From the IMG/VR virus record IMGVR_UViG_3300022200_000019, positions 124,001 to 188,000 of that record: 64,000 nucleotides of DNA. One strand, written 5' to 3'. Positions 37,313 through 46,770 of the stretch are shown piece by piece. Position 1 is the first letter of the stretch, and every line of letters begins with the position of its first letter. A program made the translations under genes and the position numbers. The notes beneath the pieces were generated by a model. The model was not told where the DNA came from. It was given only the letters and a program-made list of their open reading frames with translations, and searched no databases.

Positions 37313-37855
37313 ATGAATAACGAACAACTTAATGAAGGACTAGAATTTAAAGATCTAGAAGGCATTGTAAAGCCTACTGTGTTTATTGATGAGTTTGCTA
37401 GTAAAATGGGCTCAGATGATGAAGTAAGTGTAGTTAGTTTTTATGTTCGTAACAACCGAGCAGCAAACGATCTAGTTAATTGGTTTGAAAAAGGCTATGA
37501 CTTTGTGCTTGATGCAGATCGCAGTCCAGGCGAAGTTCGACCAAATCGTTATCTAGTCTATGTCGAGATGAAACGCCGCAACACATTACCAGAATGGATT
37601 CAAGAATTACTATATGATTTAAATACACTAACCGAACACGAATCGGAAAATTCTTGGACCGTGGGATACAAAGGTGAAGAATTTCCGTTTACTGTAGAAG
37701 ATATACGCAGTCGTGTTATTCTAAGTCCAGTCAAGTACAGAGAGGCAAAAGAAGCAGGGCTAAACGAAATGCGCATTGCTGCTGGACTAAAAACCAAATC
37801 AACTCGCAATAACGATTCAGATATCAAAAATTTTGTTGCACTTGCCGGTCTTTAA
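37313..37855 (+). CDS. Hypothetical protein (LNE-type leader)
   Basis: MNNEQLNEGLEFKDL; in frame with track ORF 37301. Confidence 0.75.
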   Translation: MNNEQLNEGLEFKDLEGIVKPTVFIDEFASKMGSDDEVSVVSFYVRNNRAANDLVNWFEKGYDFVLDADRSPGEVRPNRYLVYVEMKRRNTLPEWIQELLYDLNTLTEHESENSWTVGYKGEEFPFTVEDIRSRVILSPVKYREAKEAGLNEMRIAAGLKTKSTRNNDSDIKNFVALAGL

Positions 37856-37866
37856 TACATAATTAT

Positions 37867-38670
37867 GTGAAAAAATATAACAGATTAATTTCTTTTGGAG
37901 ATAGTTTTGTCTGGGGCAGTGAGTTATCAGATTGTTTGACCGCTTCTCCAAAAGAAATTGTGAATAATCCAGAAAAATTCCCCAACGAATTAAAATTCAT
38001 TCAAGATCGAAAAATTGGACCTTGTTCTGAAGTAAACATCAACGGCGAAATTAGCTCGTTATTTGCAGGATATAGTCTTAGTACTTGGCCTGCACTGTTA
38101 GCCACATACCTAAATCTAGAATATAGATGTGTGGCATATCCTGGAATTAGTAACCAAACTATTATTCGCAAATTAGTAAAATTTCTTCCAGAAATAAATT
38201 CTACAGATTTAGTTGTCATTGACTGGACTTTTATAGATAGATGGGACTATGTTGATATTAACGAACCCCGTATCGAATATCAATGGAAAACATTGCGTCC
38301 AACATCAGATAAAAAAACAAAAATTGAAAAATTTTATTTTGACGCAGTTCAAAGCGAACTCTGGAATAAATGGGAATCATTAAGAGCCATCATGCTGGTA
38401 GTACATTTGCTTAGATCGAGAGACATCGATTTTATCATGACCTCAGAAGATACACTGATACTTGATGAAAACTACCATACTCCTTCATATATAAGGAACG
38501 CACAAACTGAAATTAAAAATCATATAAACTGGTTCGAAGACAATGGGTTTTATCATTGGTCGATAAATCAAGGATTTCTTCGAGGTAAAGAAAATGATCA
38601 TCCATTAGAAGATGCACACCAAGCAGCATTTGAATACATAATAGAAAATCAATGGCATTTAGAATTCTAA
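37867..38670 (+). CDS. SGNH/GDSL-like hydrolase
   Basis: SFGDSFVWG, YPGISN, NDHP. Confidence 0.75.
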   Translation: MKKYNRLISFGDSFVWGSELSDCLTASPKEIVNNPEKFPNELKFIQDRKIGPCSEVNINGEISSLFAGYSLSTWPALLATYLNLEYRCVAYPGISNQTIIRKLVKFLPEINSTDLVVIDWTFIDRWDYVDINEPRIEYQWKTLRPTSDKKTKIEKFYFDAVQSELWNKWESLRAIMLVVHLLRSRDIDFIMTSEDTLILDENYHTPSYIRNAQTEIKNHINWFEDNGFYHWSINQGFLRGKENDHPLEDAHQAAFEYIIENQWHLEF

Positions 38671-39077
38671 TAATGGGCCTATCTGGTGCGGGCAAAACCA
38701 CACTGGCAAAAAAACTTGTTGACGGACTAAAAAAATATGAATTTGATGTGGCATGGTTTAACGCAGATGATGTGAGAGAATTAACAAACAACTGGGATTT
38801 TTCTGCAGAAGGACGAATTTTACAAGCGCATACACTAAAGCGCATGGCAGATGAGGCTCCCAATGATATCATAGTTGCTGATTTTATTGCTCCACTTGCG
38901 CAACAGCGTGCAATATTTAATCCCAACTTTATTATATGGGTCGATACCATTGGATCCAGTCAATACACAGACACCGACAGTGTTTTTGAAACACCAGCCT
39001 TTGTTAACTACTACATTTCTGATTGGGACGAACAACACGAAGCAAATATCTTACATTTACTTCTAGAAGATGAATAA
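38652..39077 (+). CDS. Adenylyl-sulfate kinase-like (CysC-type) P-loop protein
   Basis: ILIMGLSGAGKTTLA, NADDVR, FIAP, FETP. Confidence 0.75.
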   Translation: MAFRILIMGLSGAGKTTLAKKLVDGLKKYEFDVAWFNADDVRELTNNWDFSAEGRILQAHTLKRMADEAPNDIIVADFIAPLAQQRAIFNPNFIIWVDTIGSSQYTDTDSVFETPAFVNYYISDWDEQHEANILHLLLEDE

Positions 39078-39828
39078 TCCGTACCATATATTAGGCGTTT
39101 CTCCAAACGCATCACCAGAACAGATTAAAAAGGCTTTCAAGCAGCTAGCCATGAAGCATCATCCTGATCGCGGCGGCGACGAAGCAGAGTTTAAAAAAAT
39201 CAACGAAGCATATGCTATACTAAGCGATCCTGAACGCAAGCAACAGCACGACAATCCTGGATTTAATTTCAGACACACCGCAGGTGGAAACTTTCATGAT
39301 GTGTTTGATGAATTTTTCAGACAGCAAAGACAACAGCGCACATCAACTGTTAGATTATCGTTGTATATTGATTTAAAAACCGCAGCCACAGGCGGGGAAA
39401 AACTCGTAAGTTTACAAACTACTAACGGCCCACAAGCAGTGGAAATCGAAATTCCCGAAGGTATTAACGATGGCGATACTGTGCGTTATCCTCAGTTACT
39501 CAGGCACAGCGACTTACAAGTTACATTTCGCATACATCCAGATAAAACATGGCAGCGTCAGGGGAACAATCTAACACGCGAGCTTGAACTGGATTTCTGG
39601 GATTTTATTCTAGGCAGCAAAGTTGAAGTGGAAACCATCTACGGCGATCGCATCGCGTTAACTGTGCCACCAAAATCACATCCAGGAACACTGATGCGGA
39701 TTAAAACCAAAGGCATGCGTGGCAAATATGCAGGCCAGACTGGAGATATGTTTGTAAAACTTACTGCTAAACTCCCAGAAGATTTGCCAGAAGAGCTAAT
39801 TGATACCCTAAAAAGGTTGCGCCAATAA
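39070..39828 (+). CDS. DnaJ-class II (CbpA-like) co-chaperone
   Basis: J-domain with HPD; DnaJ C-terminal domain; no Zn finger. Confidence 0.9.
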   Translation: MNNPYHILGVSPNASPEQIKKAFKQLAMKHHPDRGGDEAEFKKINEAYAILSDPERKQQHDNPGFNFRHTAGGNFHDVFDEFFRQQRQQRTSTVRLSLYIDLKTAATGGEKLVSLQTTNGPQAVEIEIPEGINDGDTVRYPQLLRHSDLQVTFRIHPDKTWQRQGNNLTRELELDFWDFILGSKVEVETIYGDRIALTVPPKSHPGTLMRIKTKGMRGKYAGQTGDMFVKLTAKLPEDLPEELIDTLKRLRQ

Positions 39829-39836
39829 ATATTTTT

Positions 39837-40190
39837 ATGTTAAAATTAGTCAAAACGCCAAAGAAAAAGAAGCCAACAGATTGTACATTTGAAAAGCCAG
39901 TTGACAATCAAAAAACAGCAGTTAAAATGTTAATGTGCTGTAACAGTAATAACAGAGAATATGTAATTGGCCCAGATGTAGGTTTAGATTTAAATGTATT
40001 GGTAACAAAAACAAAACCAAATTATTATTTCAATCCGGCTATAGTTGATAATGGTGTGCAATATCAAGATTACTTAGGTAACACAATGCACACAGATACA
40101 ATAACAGAAGCAATGCAAGAAGCATTAACAAGACTTGCAGGAACTAGAAGAACCAGGAAAAAAACGGATGCAAATCAATCCAGAAATTGA
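39837..40190 (+). CDS. Degenerate peptide deformylase-like protein
   Basis: VIGPDVGLDLNVLV...FNPAIV echoes PDF motif I; HExxH absent. Confidence 0.4.
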   Translation: MLKLVKTPKKKKPTDCTFEKPVDNQKTAVKMLMCCNSNNREYVIGPDVGLDLNVLVTKTKPNYYFNPAIVDNGVQYQDYLGNTMHTDTITEAMQEALTRLAGTRRTRKKTDANQSRN

Positions 40191-42453
40191 ACAAATCACA
40201 GATTATGCAATTACTATTGCAAAGAAAAAAGAACATCATTACGTGTTAATCGAACATTTATTGCTTAGTTTAATACGCTTTGAACCATTTAATAACGTAC
40301 TAGTAAAGTATGGTGTTGAAGTTGATTTATTAGATCAAGAACTAGACTACTATCTTGACAGTTTAGTAAATCTTACAAACAAAGACTACGATGGACATCC
40401 AAAACGCACAAATGGTCTAGAGCGTGTGTTTAACCGTGCCGGTACACAAGTATTGTTTACAGGCCGTCGTTATATTACTACTGTTGATTTGTATCTTAGT
40501 ATTACTTCTGAAACCAACAGTCATGCACAATATTTTCTGTTAAAATACGGAGTCGAAAAAGAAGCATTTACTTCGTTCTGGAATGAAAATTACAAACAAG
40601 GCAAAGTTACTCTTAACGACGATCAAATTAAAGAAGTACTTGAGGAGCATTGCACTAACTTAAATGCACTTGCTCGTGAAGGAGATCTAGAACCGCTTAT
40701 TGGTCGTTCTGCAGAATTACAAGATGCAATTGAAATTCTTGCTAAAAAGTTCAAGTCTAATGTATTGATGATCGGCGATCCAGGTGTTGGTAAAACTGCT
40801 ATTGTAGAAGGGCTTGCACAAAAGATCGAAAATAGCGATGTACCAGAATTTCTTAAAGACCATGAAATCTGGAGTTTGGAAGTTGGTTCATTGCTTGCTG
40901 GATCTAAGTATCGCGGCGAGTTTGAAGAAAAATTTAAAGATGTTATTAAAGCACTAGAAGCAACCGATAATGCTATTTTGTTTATTGACGAAGCACACAC
41001 TATGCACGGTGCTGGTGCTGGATCAAATTCAAGTCTGGACATGGCCAACATGCTCAAGCCGGCAATCACCAAAGGAAAACTAAAAGTAATTGCTTCCACT
41101 ACCTGGGAAGAATACTACGAGACTTTTGAAAAAGATCGTGCCATGATGCGTCGATTCTATAATCTTTCAATCGATGAACCAGATCACGATACTACAATTA
41201 AGATTCTTCAAGGACTCAGCGAACGATTAGAAGAATATCACGATGTTGAAATTGATTCTGCTGCTATTACTACCGCAGTTGACTTAGGAACACGCTATAT
41301 TCACGATCGTAAGAATCCAGACAAGTCAATTGATTTGCTTGACGCTGCTTGTGCTAAACAACGTGCCAAAGATAACTCAGGTGTAATCATTACTGCCGAT
41401 TTAATTTACGCAGAAGCAAATAAATTAACCGGAATTCCTCAAGAACGCTTAAAAAATGAGGATTGTGATAAGGTTCGTAACCTTGAATCACGTGTTAAGG
41501 AACGATTATACGGACAAGACGAAGTCGTTGATACCGTACTGAAGCGTATTAACGTTTCATTTGCTGGACTTAATTCTGATAATAAACCTGTTGCTAGTTT
41601 CTTGTTCTTGGGCCCAACTGGCACAGGTAAAACTGAACTTGCTAAACTGCTAAGTGAAAACTTGGATATGGAATTGTTACGTTATGATATGAGTGAGTAT
41701 CAAGAAAAACACACAGTATCAACACTTATTGGCGCACCACCGGGTTATGTTGGGTATGAAGATTCTAACTTAGGCGGCGGTAAGTTAATTAACGATTTGT
41801 CTAAAGATCCTTTTAGTATTATTTTGTTTGACGAAATTGAAAAAGCGCATCCAGATGTAAGCAATGTGTTGTTATCAATGCTCGACGAAGGTAAAATTAC
41901 ATCAAGTTCGGGCAAAACCGTAAACTGCACTAATGCTATTATTATTCTTACATCTAACTTAGGTGCTCGTGATAATGAAAACAATAATATCGGTTTTGGC
42001 ACTGATCTAGAGCGCACTGGTTCTGAAGATAAAGCACTCAAAGAATACTTTAAACCAGAACTACGTAATCGCTTAGATGCTATTGTTAAATTTAACAAAC
42101 TAGATACACTAAGTATTAAGAAGATTGTTAATAAATTCTTAAATCAACTCAAAAAGAATTTGTCTAAGAAAGGTATCGCAATTAATGTCACCGAGCCAGT
42201 TGTTGAATATCTAGCAGAAGTTGGATATGACAAGAAGATGGGCGCACGTCCGCTGGCACGTAAAATTGACGAACTATTAAAAGTTCCGCTAAGTGAAAAA
42301 ATTCTGTTTGAAAATTTGCGTGATACTGACATTAACATTCGTTTAACCACAGAAAATACCATAGAATTTGTAAATAAAAATAGCGGCGGTCAAGAAGCTT
42401 CTGTGAACAAAGATGGACTCATTGTACTGGACCAATTCAAACCTAAAGCATAA
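40168..42453 (+). CDS. ClpA/ClpB-family AAA+ unfoldase
   Basis: Clp N-domain, GDPGVGKT, FIDE, GPTGTGKT, LFDEIEKAHP, IGF loop, MGARPL; ATG 40168. Confidence 0.95.
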   Translation: MQINPEIEQITDYAITIAKKKEHHYVLIEHLLLSLIRFEPFNNVLVKYGVEVDLLDQELDYYLDSLVNLTNKDYDGHPKRTNGLERVFNRAGTQVLFTGRRYITTVDLYLSITSETNSHAQYFLLKYGVEKEAFTSFWNENYKQGKVTLNDDQIKEVLEEHCTNLNALAREGDLEPLIGRSAELQDAIEILAKKFKSNVLMIGDPGVGKTAIVEGLAQKIENSDVPEFLKDHEIWSLEVGSLLAGSKYRGEFEEKFKDVIKALEATDNAILFIDEAHTMHGAGAGSNSSLDMANMLKPAITKGKLKVIASTTWEEYYETFEKDRAMMRRFYNLSIDEPDHDTTIKILQGLSERLEEYHDVEIDSAAITTAVDLGTRYIHDRKNPDKSIDLLDAACAKQRAKDNSGVIITADLIYAEANKLTGIPQERLKNEDCDKVRNLESRVKERLYGQDEVVDTVLKRINVSFAGLNSDNKPVASFLFLGPTGTGKTELAKLLSENLDMELLRYDMSEYQEKHTVSTLIGAPPGYVGYEDSNLGGGKLINDLSKDPFSIILFDEIEKAHPDVSNVLLSMLDEGKITSSSGKTVNCTNAIIILTSNLGARDNENNNIGFGTDLERTGSEDKALKEYFKPELRNRLDAIVKFNKLDTLSIKKIVNKFLNQLKKNLSKKGIAINVTEPVVEYLAEVGYDKKMGARPLARKIDELLKVPLSEKILFENLRDTDINIRLTTENTIEFVNKNSGGQEASVNKDGLIVLDQFKPKA

Positions 42454-43114
42454 AATTAGAGAATCTAATCGTTTATTTTACGATCAGTATCGTTATTGTG
42501 CTTCGGGTGAATTGAGTTACACAAAACTTCTTCGCGGACTGGATCGGAAAACACTGGAACATAGATTAAAAACCTATCGTTCAATGAACAAAACTGATTT
42601 TGGTTATTTCTTTTATAGTTATAATCAACGTCGCCGACAAATTACTGATCAAACAGAATCGAATTTATATAACTTTTTGGATTTAATAGAAAGCATAGAT
42701 GTTGATCATAAGCTAGTTCTGGGCTGGCACGATTTTTATTTTTATACCAATGATACTGGATCTATTGACCAGATTTTAACTGCTGATGGGGTGTATGCTA
42801 AACCAGTTGTTGAAACTGTACTAACGCACCCCTTGAAAACTATTGTTAGAAAGCGCAGTGAATACCAATATAGATGTTACCTGGCTAACGCAGTAATTTC
42901 TGAATCTCAACAAAATCATTTAGTTAAATTTTTTAAAAATCACACAGATAACATAAAATTAAGCAAAACTTTTAGCGAATGGTTGAATAAAGAATATAAG
43001 TATTGCAGAGATTACTTTTTCTTTGACCATAACGACACAGGTTTACCTCTGTTACTTGAGATGATAGTCCCAGGGCTGGTTAAAGAAACATTAGAAATTA
43101 TTACACAGGATTAA
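42413..43114 (+). CDS. Hypothetical protein
   Basis: 233 aa. Confidence 0.7.
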   Translation: MDSLYWTNSNLKHKIRESNRLFYDQYRYCASGELSYTKLLRGLDRKTLEHRLKTYRSMNKTDFGYFFYSYNQRRRQITDQTESNLYNFLDLIESIDVDHKLVLGWHDFYFYTNDTGSIDQILTADGVYAKPVVETVLTHPLKTIVRKRSEYQYRCYLANAVISESQQNHLVKFFKNHTDNIKLSKTFSEWLNKEYKYCRDYFFFDHNDTGLPLLLEMIVPGLVKETLEIITQD

Positions 43115-43119
43115 ACATA

Positions 43120-43287
43120 ATGGCTAGAATTCAAGAAGAAACACTAACGATTAAAGTTAGCAAATTATTTAGAGACACAGATCAAGACGAAATTCTTGTT
43201 ACTGCTGATTTAACCGCACAGCTTGAAATGGTTCTACAAGAACTAGTTGGTGCCGGTGTATTGGTTGAAATTTACAAAGGTGAATAG
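43120..43287 (+). CDS. 55-aa hypothetical protein
   Basis: MARIQEETLTIKVSKL...LVGAGVLVE; not in track. Confidence 0.7.
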   Translation: MARIQEETLTIKVSKLFRDTDQDEILVTADLTAQLEMVLQELVGAGVLVEIYKGE

Positions 43288-43721
43288 TGGACACTGTAAA
43301 ATTTTCTTGCGTTGTTAACACAAATATTCCGTCAAACCCAATACATCTACAAATCATGTTAGACGAAGCTGTCGTGTTTGACAAGGATGTAACTGCCGAA
43401 GAAACTGTATCTTTTGAAGTTGTCGAAGACGACAAAGAGCATGAAATTCGTTTTTTAATTTCTGGTAAAAACGATGCGCATATTATTCGTGATAATGCTG
43501 GAAACATTCTAGATAGCACCGAGCTATCCATTACCAACCTTTCATTCGACGATGTGGGCATCAATAACATTATCATGGTTTCTCCACTGGAATATAAACA
43601 CGACTTCAACGGTAACGATGCTGAAATTGTCGATAAGTTTTATAACATTGCCGGTTGCAATGGCGAAATTACGTTAAATTTCACAACTCCAATATATCTT
43701 TGGTTACTCGAAAACATGTAG
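43287..43721 (+). CDS. Hypothetical beta-rich protein
   Basis: 144 aa; ends FTTPIYLWLLENM. Confidence 0.75.
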   Translation: MDTVKFSCVVNTNIPSNPIHLQIMLDEAVVFDKDVTAEETVSFEVVEDDKEHEIRFLISGKNDAHIIRDNAGNILDSTELSITNLSFDDVGINNIIMVSPLEYKHDFNGNDAEIVDKFYNIAGCNGEITLNFTTPIYLWLLENM

Positions 43722-43748
43722 TACTGTGTTTTAAATAAATACAGTATC

Positions 43749-44732
43749 ATGAATTTAAAAGAACTAGATAGTTTTAAACTAGGCGATGCAGTTAACTTCC
43801 ACGAAGAACTAAATCCTGCTCTCTGGGAAAACGAAATGATGCGCTCAGACGTGCGCAAAGCACTGTTACGCATTGCCGCAGATTTCCAAGAGTTCTTAGG
43901 TGTTAAAGATCTAGCAGTAGAAGATGTTCGCGTTTCCGGGAGTAACGCAGCATATTCATATACGCCACATTCAGACATTGACTTACACTTGATTGTTGAC
44001 TTTGACCAAATCAACAACGATGAAGTGTATCAAGAGTTATTCAACGCAAAAAAGTTTCAATATAACCAAGAGCATAATATTAAAGTTCGTGGTTATGATG
44101 TAGAACTGTATGTTCAGGACGCAACCCAACCACACGCCAGTTTAGGTGAATATAGTGTAGCACGTGATGAGTGGACTCGCATTCCAACAAAGCAGCGTGC
44201 CAACCTAGACGATTTTGCAACACGTCAAAAATACGATAAACTCAAAGGCTTAGTTATGGCTGCGTTGGTTAGTAAAAAACTAAACATGGTAGATGACGTA
44301 ACAGATGTTGTTAAACGTTATCGTCGTGCTGGACTAGCAGAGGGTGGTGAGTTTAGCCCAGAAAATTTAGCATTCAAAATGTTACGTACTCAAGGTTATA
44401 TTGAAAGACTTTGGAAACATCGTAGTGAACTAGAAGATCGTGAACTTAGTTTAGAGCAAGCCGAATCTATTGTAGAAGCAGCAATACGCGAATTAGAATT
44501 ACATCAGGTATTAGCAGAAATGAAATTATCAGACTTTTTACCCAAAAAAACCCGAGAGCAAAATCAAGCAGATGAGCGTATGGCTATCGACGCAATGATG
44601 GTTTTAAGTACTTCAACTGAATACGCAATTGAAGATATTGTAAGGGCTGTAGAAGCGGCTTTAGAAACCGGAAAAGTTCACAATCGAAAAGATCTTTTAC
44701 AAATGGCGGCAGATATATTAGAAAAACAATGA
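43749..44732 (+). CDS. Pol-beta-superfamily nucleotidyltransferase
   Basis: SGSNAAYSYTPHSDIDLH, YDVELY. Confidence 0.8.
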   Translation: MNLKELDSFKLGDAVNFHEELNPALWENEMMRSDVRKALLRIAADFQEFLGVKDLAVEDVRVSGSNAAYSYTPHSDIDLHLIVDFDQINNDEVYQELFNAKKFQYNQEHNIKVRGYDVELYVQDATQPHASLGEYSVARDEWTRIPTKQRANLDDFATRQKYDKLKGLVMAALVSKKLNMVDDVTDVVKRYRRAGLAEGGEFSPENLAFKMLRTQGYIERLWKHRSELEDRELSLEQAESIVEAAIRELELHQVLAEMKLSDFLPKKTREQNQADERMAIDAMMVLSTSTEYAIEDIVRAVEAALETGKVHNRKDLLQMAADILEKQ

Positions 44733-46093
44733 AAGACTTTCACGTACTAGCATTAAGTAACGATAATGGAGTAAGAACCTACGCTATTCTAGCAGGCGAA
44801 AAACCCATTGGCCGTGCTGTGCGCAAGGGCAAAGAAATTGCGTTTCAAGTAACCGGATATCCTCCGCAACGAGAACACGGTAGTAACGTAGAACGTATTA
44901 TCGCCAAATGGTTAGATAGTCATTATGTTGACTTACAAGAAGGTGATGTAATATTACATCCTCGTTTTAAAGCACAGCAACAAGAAAAAGAAAGACTTGA
45001 TCAACTGATTGCTGACTATCAAAAACAAGCTGCTGCCGAAGAAGCTGATTTAAAAAGATTAGCAACTTTTTGGTGGAATAACGACGAAAGTCCAGAGGTT
45101 GAACAACTACTGGCACGCATGGGTTGGGAAATCGGCCAAGATGAAGGATATGATGACGAGCCCGGAGCATTTGTAGTACAGATAGGCGACGAAGATGGTG
45201 ACAGCTTTCTTTCTTGGTCGCCGGATGATTTAAGAAACAATGTAACAGAAGGCGACGTTGTTAAACACAAATTTGGACTAAAGCAACAACAAAAGAATAA
45301 AACCAAATATCGTTTTTATCAAGAAATCAAAGACGATATTCCTGTATTTGATCGCGGCAGATATGCGGCTGTAAAGCCACGATACATTGCGTCGCACAGA
45401 CATCCGGAAAACCTAGAACCATTTGATCACTTTGAAGTAGAACCAAGTAATTCGGGAGCCAATGGCAGAATAATTGGCATTACCCGAGACGGGATGCGAG
45501 TATTAGCCGATGTGTCGAGACTAGCACATGCAGAAGCATTCGCTGATGCGTGGAACAGAGGTGGATTTTCTGATAAAGATCCTAGTCGAGAACCGCTGGA
45601 TACATTAGAAAGTCGCCGTTCAAGTGCAGCACTAAAAGGGATTAATCTAGCAGAGAATCCAACAAACGAAGCTGGGTACGAAAGTTCTTGGCAAAAGCGT
45701 TATAGAACAGATCCGGAATTCCGCGAGCGTCAAAAACAAAACGAACGCAATCGCAGAAAGAATCCAGAATACGCAGAGAAGAAACGCGAATACCAACGCG
45801 AGCGTTCACGTAAGTTATATGCTGATCCAGACTGGCGCAAAGAAGACCTAGCAAGACGCAGAGATGTGTATGCTGCTAACAAAGACGCAGTATTAGCCAA
45901 ACGTCGTGAGTTAATGAAAGATCCAGCATATGCTGCTCGTAAAGCAGAATATTGGAAACAAGACGCTGCTAAACGTAAAGAATTAACACAAAAGTTCCAA
46001 CAGTTATTACAGGATCCAGATTTTAACCCTGCTAAACTACCAACAGCAGAACTTAAAAAGTTTATTAAATTTTTAGAAAAAGGAAGAGTATAA
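44729..46093 (+). CDS. Modular hypothetical protein (candidate head polyprotein)
   Basis: Repeated (L/V)xE-GDV junctions; charged helical C-terminus. Confidence 0.75.
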   Translation: MKDFHVLALSNDNGVRTYAILAGEKPIGRAVRKGKEIAFQVTGYPPQREHGSNVERIIAKWLDSHYVDLQEGDVILHPRFKAQQQEKERLDQLIADYQKQAAAEEADLKRLATFWWNNDESPEVEQLLARMGWEIGQDEGYDDEPGAFVVQIGDEDGDSFLSWSPDDLRNNVTEGDVVKHKFGLKQQQKNKTKYRFYQEIKDDIPVFDRGRYAAVKPRYIASHRHPENLEPFDHFEVEPSNSGANGRIIGITRDGMRVLADVSRLAHAEAFADAWNRGGFSDKDPSREPLDTLESRRSSAALKGINLAENPTNEAGYESSWQKRYRTDPEFRERQKQNERNRRKNPEYAEKKREYQRERSRKLYADPDWRKEDLARRRDVYAANKDAVLAKRRELMKDPAYAARKAEYWKQDAAKRKELTQKFQQLLQDPDFNPAKLPTAELKKFIKFLEKGRV

Positions 46094-46770
46094 TGTCATC
46101 ATTGAACGAAGATCCAATTAGAGATCTACTAAACAAGTTATTTGGTAAAAAGTCCGACGCACCTACTGCGGATACCGGATCGGAAGATAATATGGACAAT
46201 GCTGCTAATACCGGTGACATTACTCCAGGTCAAAGTTATAGTAGCGCAGCATCATTTGCTGACAAATATGATCGTAGCCCGATTAAAACATATGACTTAC
46301 CTCCTTCAGATGTAAAAGCAGCGAATCCTCCGGGAACAGAGAACGAGCCTTTTGACATTGACGCTATGAATAAAGCAGATTCTTTAAGAAATCTATTTAA
46401 AAGAGATGAGCCAAGAAAGCCTGTTACTGTTAAGAACGTTGAACCTAAGAAACCAGGCGAATATACTGGTGTTACAAAAGCAGTCGACGATGCTGCAACA
46501 TGGGTTGGAGATAAAGTAGATCAAGGTTGGGGTGCTGTTAAAGATTTCTTCAATGAACCAAGCACACCAGAACCAGCAGCAGATGATGAATCCGGTTGGT
46601 TAGACGGTGTTGTTGATCGCTATAAAAGATTCTATGGCGTCGGCGACAAGGAAGCAGAAACTCCTAAACCTGCGTCTAAGCCAGCAGATAGCGATGCTGC
46701 TAGATCAGCCAACGACGCACTAAACAGACTAATGGCAGATCCAGAATTTAGAAAGATGTTGGATCAATAA
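46093..46770 (+). CDS. Low-complexity candidate internal head protein
   Basis: MSSLNE-DP leader; D/K/P/A-rich. Confidence 0.7.
   Translation: MSSLNEDPIRDLLNKLFGKKSDAPTADTGSEDNMDNAANTGDITPGQSYSSAASFADKYDRSPIKTYDLPPSDVKAANPPGTENEPFDIDAMNKADSLRNLFKRDEPRKPVTVKNVEPKKPGEYTGVTKAVDDAATWVGDKVDQGWGAVKDFFNEPSTPEPAADDESGWLDGVVDRYKRFYGVGDKEAETPKPASKPADSDAARSANDALNRLMADPEFRKMLDQ

Noticed and set aside
40168-42453. Intein or intron in clpA, clamp loader or phoH
   Set aside because: Lengths and motif spacing are normal; no Cys/Ser...His-Asn splice junctions or insertions were seen.
45650-46093. Homing endonuclease in the charged C-terminus of gene 44729
   Set aside because: It resembles helical regions that precede some HNH domains, but no HNH, GIY-YIG or LAGLIDADG motif follows.
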